A DNA stretch of 64,000 nucleotides from Verrucomicrobiota bacterium (GTDB lineage Bacteria; Verrucomicrobiota; Lentisphaeria; Lentisphaerales; Lentisphaeraceae): the NCBI GenBank assembly GCA_039798785.1, contig JBDKFG010000020.1, forward strand, positions 45,362 through 109,361, read 5' to 3'. The notes below the pieces were generated by a model. The model made no database searches. It had not been told where the DNA came from and saw only the letters and a program-made list of their open reading frames with translations. Position 1 is the stretch's first letter, and each line of letters starts with the position of its first letter. Below, piece after piece: positions 8,796-15,979 of the stretch. Position numbers and translations under genes: made by a program.

Positions 8796-9785
8796 TCAAT
8801 CGAAGATTTTGCGATAGGCATGGCAGTAGGGGGTGCTGCCTTTGCGGTCATAATAATCTTGATGGTAGCTTTCAGCGGGCCAGAATTTGTCGGCGCCCCG
8901 GACCTGGGTGGCGGGCTTCAATCCCTTGGCCTGGAGGCGGGCGATGAGCTTCTCGATGGTCTTCTTCTGCTCCTCGTCCTGGCAGAAGACGGCGGAGAGG
9001 TATTGCGGCCCGATGTCGGGTCCTTGGCCGTTCTTCTGTTCGAAATCATGGGTTTCGAAGAAGAATTTGGCGAGGGCTTCGAAGCTGGTCTTTTTCGGGT
9101 CGAATTCGATCTCGACGGCTTCGAGGTGGCCGGTCTCGTGACCGCAGACTTCCTTGTAGGTCGGGTTTTCCTTGTGGCCGCCGGCATAACCGCAGGTGGT
9201 GCTGACGACGCCGGGGAACTTCTGCAGGAAGAACTCGGTGCCCCAGAAGCAGCCGGAGGAGAAGACCGCCTTCTGGGTGTCGAGATTGATCGCCACCTGG
9301 GTGTCGCCGAGGGCGGCGGAGACGAACTTCATCGAGATCGAGTTGACGCAGTGGCGGGTGTTCTTGGCGGTGAAACCTTCGCCGAGGAAGACGTGGCCGA
9401 GATGCCCGTCGCAGCGGGCGCAGGTGATCTCGGTGCGGTGGCCGTCGGCATCGGGGACGCGCTTGACGGAGCCGGGGATTTCGGCGTCAAAGCTGGGCCA
9501 GCCGCAGTGGGAGTCGAACTTGTCCTCGCTGCGGTAGAGCGGGGCAGAACAACGGCGGCAGATGTAATAACCCGGGGCCTTGTGGTTCCAGTATTCCCCG
9601 GTGCCGGGGCGTTCCGTGCCCTTGCCGACGATGACGCGCTCTTCTTCGGGACTGAGCTTGTTCCATTCCGATGGCTGGTTCATCGTGACTTCCTTGCTGG
9701 CAGGCTGCGGTGCTGGGGGCGGCGGCGGCGGCTTGCAGCAGGCGCCGGTGATCAAGAGGCTGAGAATCAGCAGATTGCGTCTCAT
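8796..9785 (-). CDS. msrAB: Bifunctional methionine sulfoxide reductase MsrB-MsrA, putative exported/lipoprotein form
   Basis: MsrB motifs CRRC, CGWPSF, CARC, GHLGHVF, RHCVNS; MsrA motifs GCFWG and AESYHQDYY; hydrophobic N-terminus ending GACC. Confidence 0.92.
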   Translation of the reverse strand: MRRNLLILSLLITGACCKPPPPPPAPQPASKEVTMNQPSEWNKLSPEEERVIVGKGTERPGTGEYWNHKAPGYYICRRCSAPLYRSEDKFDSHCGWPSFDAEIPGSVKRVPDADGHRTEITCARCDGHLGHVFLGEGFTAKNTRHCVNSISMKFVSAALGDTQVAINLDTQKAVFSSGCFWGTEFFLQKFPGVVSTTCGYAGGHKENPTYKEVCGHETGHLEAVEIEFDPKKTSFEALAKFFFETHDFEQKNGQGPDIGPQYLSAVFCQDEEQKKTIEKLIARLQAKGLKPATQVRGADKFWPAESYHQDYYDRKGSTPYCHAYRKIFD

Positions 9786-9791
9786 AATCCC

Positions 9792-10055
9792 TCAGAGTTT
9801 GCGGTAGACGTCCTCAAGGCTGAGGCCCTTGTCGATCATCAGGACCTGCAGGTGGTAGAGAAGCTGGGAGATTTCAAGGGCGGCGTCCTCCTTGGTCTGC
9901 GCTTCGGCGGCAAGCATCACTTCGGCGGCTTCTTCGACGATCTTCTTGCAGATGAAATGGGTGCCTTTCTGCAGTTCCTTGACGGTGCCGCTGTCGGGAT
10001 TGCCGGCGGCGGCCTTGGCCTGCAGCTCGGCGAAGAGAGTCTCGAAGTTCTTCAT
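9792..10055 (-). CDS. hisE: Phosphoribosyl-ATP diphosphatase
   Basis: KKIVEEAAEV...EISQLLYHLQVLM, 87 aa. Confidence 0.92.
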   Translation of the reverse strand: MKNFETLFAELQAKAAAGNPDSGTVKELQKGTHFICKKIVEEAAEVMLAAEAQTKEDAALEISQLLYHLQVLMIDKGLSLEDVYRKL

Positions 10056-10140
10056 GCCTTCCTCAATATTTTTATGCTTTCTAATGACAGGAATTTAAAC
10101 CGCTTTGGGCGAAATCAAGCGAGGCTGCGATTTCCCTGTG

Positions 10141-11256
10141 TCAACGGATCTTCAGGGTGGCGAGGCCGATGCCGGCCAGAATCAGGGCGATGATCCAGAA
10201 TCGGATCACCACCTGGGTTTCGCGCCAGCCCTTCTTCTGATAGTGGTGGTGGATCGGCGCCATCAAAAAAACCCGCCGTCCTTCGCCGAAGCGGCGCTTC
10301 GTCCACTTGAAGTAGCTGGTCTGGATCAGGACCGAGGCGGCCTCCCAGACGAAGATGCCGCCGACGATGACCAGGAGCAGTTCCTGGCGGACGATGACGG
10401 CAATCAGGCCGATCGAGCCGCCCAGGGCCAGCGAGCCGGTGTCGCCCATGAACATCGAGGCGGGGTGGCAGTTGTGCCAGAGGAAGCCGACGCAGGCGCC
10501 GATCATCGCGGCGGCGAAGACGGCGATCTCGCCGCAGCCCGGGACGAAGGGGATGCCGAGATAGGCCGAGAACTTGACGTTGCCGGAGAGATAGGCGATG
10601 AGGAGAAAGACGCTGGTGCAGATGATGGTGCAGCCTGTGGCGAGGCCGTCGAGACCGTCAGTGAGGTTGACCGCGTTGGCGGCGGCGGTGATCACCAGGG
10701 CGCCGAAGAAGATGATCATCCACAGGCTCATTGCTTTCAATGCCGGATCCTTGAGGAAGGGGACGTGCAGCTCGGCCATGTTTTCGGCGACGCCGGGAAT
10801 CGAGCAGAGGGCGAGACAGGCAAGGGCGCCGGTCAATCCTTCGACGCCAAGCCGAAGCCGGCCGGAAATGCCGTCGCGGCCGGGATAGGCGACCTTGGCG
10901 TAGTCGTCCCAGAAGCCGAGAAGAGCCAGGATCGTCATCACTGCCAGGGCGATCCACACCAGGGGCTGGTTCAAGGGCGCCCAGAGCAGGGTCGCGGCAA
11001 TTGTGGCCAGGACGATCAGAATGCCGCCCATCGAGGGAGTCTTGGCCTTCGCCGCGTCGATCAGCTCCTGGGCGTTGGCCATGCCCTTATAGCGGTCGCC
11101 GGCGACGGCGCGCAGCTCTTTCAAAAGCCGCACCGTCATCGGACCGAAGAGGATAACCAGCAGGAAAGCGGTGAGAAAGGCCCCACCCGAGCGGAAGGTG
11201 AGGTATTTGAAGATCCGGAGCGGGCCGTCTCCGTATTGGCTTAGCCAGTAGAGCAT
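10141..11256 (-). CDS. mraY: Phospho-N-acetylmuramoyl-pentapeptide transferase
   Basis: TPSMGG, GFWDDY, NAVNLTDGLDGL, FMGDTGSLALG, MAPIHHHY. Confidence 0.96.
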   Translation of the reverse strand: MLYWLSQYGDGPLRIFKYLTFRSGGAFLTAFLLVILFGPMTVRLLKELRAVAGDRYKGMANAQELIDAAKAKTPSMGGILIVLATIAATLLWAPLNQPLVWIALAVMTILALLGFWDDYAKVAYPGRDGISGRLRLGVEGLTGALACLALCSIPGVAENMAELHVPFLKDPALKAMSLWMIIFFGALVITAAANAVNLTDGLDGLATGCTIICTSVFLLIAYLSGNVKFSAYLGIPFVPGCGEIAVFAAAMIGACVGFLWHNCHPASMFMGDTGSLALGGSIGLIAVIVRQELLLVIVGGIFVWEAASVLIQTSYFKWTKRRFGEGRRVFLMAPIHHHYQKKGWRETQVVIRFWIIALILAGIGLATLKIR

Positions 11257-11271
11257 GGGGGATTTTTGAGT

Positions 11272-11313
11272 TTTAAGGTTTAAAGTTTAAGGTTTAAGGT
11301 TTAAAGTTTAAGG
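11272..11313. repeat. Heptamer tandem array TTTAA(G/A)G x6 (left arm of the inverted pair)
   Basis: tttaagg tttaaag tttaagg tttaagg tttaaag tttaagg. Confidence 0.95.
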
Positions 11314-11333
11314 TTTTGGGTTGGGTTGTTCAT

Positions 11334-11864
11334 TCATTCTAACTTGCAAACTCTTTTACCATCTTCATAGAGAATGAAAATATCTCCTTCGGAAAAGCCC
11401 CAGTCAATCCTCATGTTGAATGGATGGCTTCTTTTCAAGGCTTCCACAAAGATGATCCCGGAATAGGCTAGAGGAAGGACATAGTCTGTAAAGCTATCTG
11501 CAGTATCAGGTTCTTTCCATTTATTGTAAGAATTGATCAGTCGAATTAGACTTCTGATGCTGTGATCTTTAGAGCTGGCATAAGAGTAATTTAAGTCGGT
11601 AGACGCACGTAGCGAAGTATATGGCTTGTTCAAAGTGTCTACATCAAAGAAGAGTTGTTGGATTTTTAAATCTTTGATTTTGGCATGAAAGTCATTCAGT
11701 GAGGCTAGCAAATCTTCAACATCTTTTTCGATGTTGGGTTTAGGCAGTTTGGCCCATTTATCAGAGGGTTTTTCTCTGTTGCAGTAGTCGAGGGTGTTTT
11801 GCCACGCGACATGTGGATCTGTAAAGTCTTTGATTTCAGAAAGTACGAACTCATATTCTTTCAT
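11334..11864 (-). CDS. AT-rich orphan hypothetical protein inserted between murF and mraY
   Basis: 176-aa ORF, RBS AAGGA, markedly AT-rich versus host genes, no family motif recognised. Confidence 0.75.
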   Translation of the reverse strand: MKEYEFVLSEIKDFTDPHVAWQNTLDYCNREKPSDKWAKLPKPNIEKDVEDLLASLNDFHAKIKDLKIQQLFFDVDTLNKPYTSLRASTDLNYSYASSKDHSIRSLIRLINSYNKWKEPDTADSFTDYVLPLAYSGIIFVEALKRSHPFNMRIDWGFSEGDIFILYEDGKRVCKLE

Positions 11865-11913
11865 GGGGCTATCCTTCAGTTAGGGATTAAGGTTAAAGTG
11901 AGTTGGCGCTCAG

Positions 11914-11941
11914 CTTTAAACCTTAAACCTTAAACTTTGAA
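11914..11941. repeat. Heptamer tandem array C(C/T)TTAAA x3-4 (right arm, reverse complement of 11272-11313)
   Basis: ctttaaa ccttaaa ccttaaa ctttgaa. Confidence 0.9.
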
Positions 11942-11950
11942 CTGAGTCGC

Positions 11951-13348
11951 TCACACCTCTTCGAGGATCTTTTCCATGGTCATGCCGCGGGATCCTTTGA
12001 GGAGGACCCAGTCGCCGCGGCGGAGGATGGGGCGGATCGACTGGCCGGCGATTTCGGCATCGACGAAGAATTCGGCGGGGAAGTCCTTGAAGGCGTCGCC
12101 GATCTCTTCGCCGACGAGGACGAAGGTGGTTTTGCAGTCTTTCGGGAAGACCAGTTCGGCGGCGTGTTCGGCGAGGGCTTCGTGCAGTTCGGCGGTGCGG
12201 GCGCCGAGTTCGAGCATGTCGCCGAGGCAGAGGAAGACGCGCTTGGGCTTTTCCTTGCGGGCGCATTCGGCGACCCAGTCGAGGGCGGCGATGGTGGATT
12301 GCAGGTTGGCGTTGTAGGAGTCGTCGATCCAGACGATGCCGTCACGTTCGACCACCTTCATGCGGTGGGCGGGGAGCTTGAGGTTGGCGATCAGGGTCGA
12401 GAGTTTTTCCGGAGCCGGGGCGGCACCGAGGAACTCCGCTGCGGCGTAGGCGGCGGCGATGTTGCCGGCCTGATGCAGGCCGCCGAGGCGGGAAGGGAAG
12501 TCGAGAAGCTTGTCCTTGGGCAGGAGGATGTTCACCTTGGTGCTCAAGAGGGTCTGCGAGGGGCAGGAGACGCGGATGTCGGCGTCTTCTTCGGGGCCGA
12601 AGGTGAGGATCTTCTTGCCTTCGAGGGCGCCGGTGTTCTCGAGGAGGGCCATGGCACTGCGGGCGATGATGGCGAGGCCGCCGGGCTTGAGGCAGCGGAG
12701 CATCTCCGCTTTTTCCGAGGCGTAGGCGGCGGGAGAGGCGAAGTTGCCGGCATGGGCGTCGCCGAGCGCCGTGATGATGGCGACATCGGCCGGGCAGATC
12801 TGGGCGATCGGCTTGATTTCACCCATGTGATTGGTACCGAGCTCAAGGACGAGGAACTTGGTTTCCGGTGTGACACGGACGATGTTCTGGGGCACGCCGA
12901 TCTGGTTGTTGGTGTTGTCGAGGGTGGCGACGACGGCCTTGGGCGCGGCGGCTTCGAGGATGGCGGCGAGGATGGCCTTGCAGGAGGTCTTGCCGGAGGA
13001 GCCGGTGATCGCGACGGTCTTGACCGCGCTTTGCTTGCTCAGCCAGAGGGCGGCGATGGCCTGGTAGGCGGCGACACTCTCGTTGACATGCAGTGCGGCG
13101 GGGCCTTCGGGCGGGTGGATGCCGTCGCGGGAGACGATGAGGAGTGATGCGCCTTTGGCAGCGGCTTCGGCGAGGTGGTCATGGCCGTCGAAGCGCTCAC
13201 CTTTGAGGGCGAGGAAGGCCTGGCCGGCGACCAGGGTGCGGGTGTCGGTGGAGATGCCGCCGGTGAGTTCGAAGGGCTTCTTGGGGATGCGCAACCAACG
13301 GCCGGCGGTGGTCTTCTGGATCTCGGCGAAACTGAGGAACTGGCTCAT
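11951..13348 (-). CDS. murF: UDP-N-acetylmuramoyl-tripeptide--D-Ala-D-Ala ligase
   Basis: GERFDGHD, ITGSSGKT, NNQIGVP, ELGTNHMGEI, DDSYNAN, LGDMLELG, LKGSRG. Confidence 0.95.
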   Translation of the reverse strand: MSQFLSFAEIQKTTAGRWLRIPKKPFELTGGISTDTRTLVAGQAFLALKGERFDGHDHLAEAAAKGASLLIVSRDGIHPPEGPAALHVNESVAAYQAIAALWLSKQSAVKTVAITGSSGKTSCKAILAAILEAAAPKAVVATLDNTNNQIGVPQNIVRVTPETKFLVLELGTNHMGEIKPIAQICPADVAIITALGDAHAGNFASPAAYASEKAEMLRCLKPGGLAIIARSAMALLENTGALEGKKILTFGPEEDADIRVSCPSQTLLSTKVNILLPKDKLLDFPSRLGGLHQAGNIAAAYAAAEFLGAAPAPEKLSTLIANLKLPAHRMKVVERDGIVWIDDSYNANLQSTIAALDWVAECARKEKPKRVFLCLGDMLELGARTAELHEALAEHAAELVFPKDCKTTFVLVGEEIGDAFKDFPAEFFVDAEIAGQSIRPILRRGDWVLLKGSRGMTMEKILEEV

Positions 13349-13530
13349 CGTGGGTTCTCCTGGGTAGTTGTTTGGGGAAAGGCAGGTCCGACCAAGGCGG
13401 CGGGCGCCCCGGTCTGACTGCCGTTTCCGGCGAAGCCTAGGGTGCCGCCTGCGGCGATCTTTACAAGTGCCGGGGCTCGGACGAAACCGGGAAATTTGAT
13501 CCTAAAATTCCCAAGCGGAAGGGAACCTGC

Positions 13531-13702
13531 TTGAAAGTTTGAAGGGTTGAAAGGCAAATGAATGAACAATAGAGATAAATGACGATTTTAACCTGTCTGG
13601 CATGACTGCCAGTCACAGGATTTGCCGAGAGCCCCGCGAAGTCCCTAGCTTTTTGCTGTCGTAGCTAATTCTTTCAACCTTTGAACCTTCCAAACTTTCA
13701 AC
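13531..13702. repeat. Inverted octamer tandem arrays (TTGAAAGN x3 ... CTTTCAAC-like x4) bracketing a ~115-bp non-coding insert
   Basis: ttgaaagt ttgaaggg ttgaaagg (13531-13554) and ctttcaac ctttgaac cttccaaa ctttcaac (13671-13702). Confidence 0.8.
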
Positions 13703-13825
13703 TGCAGTTTTAGCTCGGTCGATGGCTGGTAAAAGCCTGAGGCAGGATCTATCCTCTGGGAACCGCCGCAGCCGACGTCCGTCTCAATCAGCGGACACGG
13801 CAGCCTCCAACACCGTGGAAAAATC

Positions 13826-14578
13826 ATGAAAATTTTTGTCTGCCTCTTTTCCCTGCTCACCGCCACAGCGCTGGTCCCGAATGCCGCGGCACAGCTCAAG
13901 CCCGTACCTGCCGACCCCGCCAAGCAAGCATCCCAGGAATTCCTCAAGACCACCCGGGATCAATTGCTCGGCAACTGCTGGTTCAAACTGGCGGGGAACG
14001 CCAATTTCCGTGGCAAGGACGGCAAACGACTGAAACTCGAGCTCGGGGTCAGCGCCGAACTCAAGCCCCTGGAACTCACCTTCCTGTCGACCTTGGATCA
14101 AGAGGCGGTGAAGCTGCATCATGACTTCGGCCTGAAGAAGAAGACCGTCCTCCTCGAAGATGGACGATTGAAACTGGGCTCGAAGTACGAAGCCCTTGAC
14201 ATCCGCCCCGAAGACCTTTCCTTGTCCTTCCTGTACTGGGATTTCCAGATGGAATACAAGCGCGACAGCCTCGGCGTCGCCCTGATTTCCTGCCGAGTCT
14301 TCAAACTCGCCAATCCCGATAGTCTCGACGAATATGCCAAGGTCTGGATCTCGGAGAAATATCTCGGACCTGTCAAGGTGGAGTGGTATCGAGGTTCCGA
14401 TGACAAGCCCTTCCAGTCGCTGGAGTTTGAAGAGTTCACCGAGGTCAACAAGGTCTGGGTGCCCACCATCATCAAGATGAGCAACGCCAAGGGCGAGCTG
14501 CAATTGAAGTTCGACAAGATCGACGCCGCCTTCAGCAAAGAGACTCCGGCGCATCTTTTCGAGAAAGCCAAGAAATAA
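13826..14578 (+). CDS. Outer-membrane lipoprotein-sorting (LolA-like) protein
   Basis: Signal peptide, DIRPEDL, YAKVWISEK...PVKVEWY and KVWVPTIIKMSN patterns typical of LolA-like proteins. Confidence 0.65.
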   Translation: MKIFVCLFSLLTATALVPNAAAQLKPVPADPAKQASQEFLKTTRDQLLGNCWFKLAGNANFRGKDGKRLKLELGVSAELKPLELTFLSTLDQEAVKLHHDFGLKKKTVLLEDGRLKLGSKYEALDIRPEDLSLSFLYWDFQMEYKRDSLGVALISCRVFKLANPDSLDEYAKVWISEKYLGPVKVEWYRGSDDKPFQSLEFEEFTEVNKVWVPTIIKMSNAKGELQLKFDKIDAAFSKETPAHLFEKAKK

Positions 14579-14670
14579 GCAGCGGCTTAAGCGGCGCTCA
14601 AATCCGGGCGGACCGTCCTTGATTCCGAAGTCGTGGCGGCCGCTTTTCTCACTGTTGAAAGACTTGGAGA

Positions 14671-15957
14671 CTAGCTGAACAATCCGGTGGCCGGCTGGCC
14701 CTTGTCGGCGATCTGGAAGGGGCGGCCGTTGCCTGAGACGATCACCTTGGTGTGGTCGATGCCGCAGGCATAAGCGAGGGTTGCGTTGAAATCGGTGACA
14801 CCCATTGATTTGTCGACAACTTCACGTCCCTGCGGGTCGGTGGCGCCCCAGGCCTGGCCGCCCTTGACACCACCCCCGGCGAGGAGGCAGGAGAAAGCCT
14901 TGGGATAGTGGTCGCGTCCGGCACGGCCGCTGATTTCGGGGGTGCGGCCGAATTCGCTGGCGACGACGACGAGGGTGGAGTCGAGGAGGCCGCGGCTGCG
15001 GAGATCGGTGAGGAGTGTGCCGAGGGCCTGGTCGAGGATTTCGCCGTTTTTCTCCATTCCTTCGGCAATGTCGTTGTGCATGTCCCAGCCGCCGAGGGAG
15101 ACTTCGACAAAGCGGGTGCCTTTTTCAACCAGTCGGCGGGCGAGCAGGCAGCCTTTGCCGAAGGCGTGGGACCCGTAGGAGCTGCGTAGCTTGGCGTCTT
15201 CGCTCATGATGTCAAAGGCTTTGAGATCTTCCGATTTCATCAGCCGCACGGCGTCTTCATAGGATTTCATCCGTGCGACGAGCTCGTCATCGGGGTGGCG
15301 CGCGAGGAAGTCCTTGTTCATCTCATCAAGCAGATGGAGTCGGTCCTGGAATCGATCTTCTGGGACATCTGCCTGGCGTTTCGAGTATTGCAAACCGGCG
15401 GCAGGGTCGTTGATTGGCAGGGCGGCGAATTCCTGGCCCATCCAGCCGGCGCCGAGGCCTCGGCCGCCGTTGACACGCACATAGGGCGGAAGGGTGGGAT
15501 TGAGGCGACCGGCGAGGCGTGTGAACCAGGCGCCGAAGTGGGGATGCTGCACGGTGCCGCGCATGGCATAGGAGCTGTGCATGATGTAGGTGCCCTGTTC
15601 GTGGGCACCTTGGGTAGTGTTGAGTGAGCGCACCGGGCAGAGGATGTCGGCATGCGCCGCGATGCGATTCAGATGGTGTCCGAATTGCAGGCCGGTCTTT
15701 TTGTCGGTAATGGTGCGGGTGGCCCCCATTTGCTCGGGCTTGTCGGGCTTCGGGTCGAAGGTGTCGAGGTGGGACATGCCGCCTCCCATCCACAGGTAGA
15801 TGATCGATTTCGCCGGCTTGGCGCGGGCGGAGACCGGACTTTGGACGGCATCGGCGGCGAATGCCGGATTGCCAGGCAAGCTGAGGCCGAGAAAACCGAA
15901 AGCTGCGGCGGTGACGAAGTCGCGGCGGCTGAGTTCATCGTGGCGGAAGGAATTCAT
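14671..15957 (-). CDS. DUF1501-family protein with Tat-like leader
   Basis: SRRDF leader, IYLWMGGGMSHLDTFDPKP, CLLARRLVEKGTRFVEV, GWDMH, SEFGRTP, GRDHYP. Confidence 0.92.
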   Translation of the reverse strand: MNSFRHDELSRRDFVTAAAFGFLGLSLPGNPAFAADAVQSPVSARAKPAKSIIYLWMGGGMSHLDTFDPKPDKPEQMGATRTITDKKTGLQFGHHLNRIAAHADILCPVRSLNTTQGAHEQGTYIMHSSYAMRGTVQHPHFGAWFTRLAGRLNPTLPPYVRVNGGRGLGAGWMGQEFAALPINDPAAGLQYSKRQADVPEDRFQDRLHLLDEMNKDFLARHPDDELVARMKSYEDAVRLMKSEDLKAFDIMSEDAKLRSSYGSHAFGKGCLLARRLVEKGTRFVEVSLGGWDMHNDIAEGMEKNGEILDQALGTLLTDLRSRGLLDSTLVVVASEFGRTPEISGRAGRDHYPKAFSCLLAGGGVKGGQAWGATDPQGREVVDKSMGVTDFNATLAYACGIDHTKVIVSGNGRPFQIADKGQPATGLFS

Positions 15958-15979
15958 CAGGATTCTCCTTGTGGGGGCT

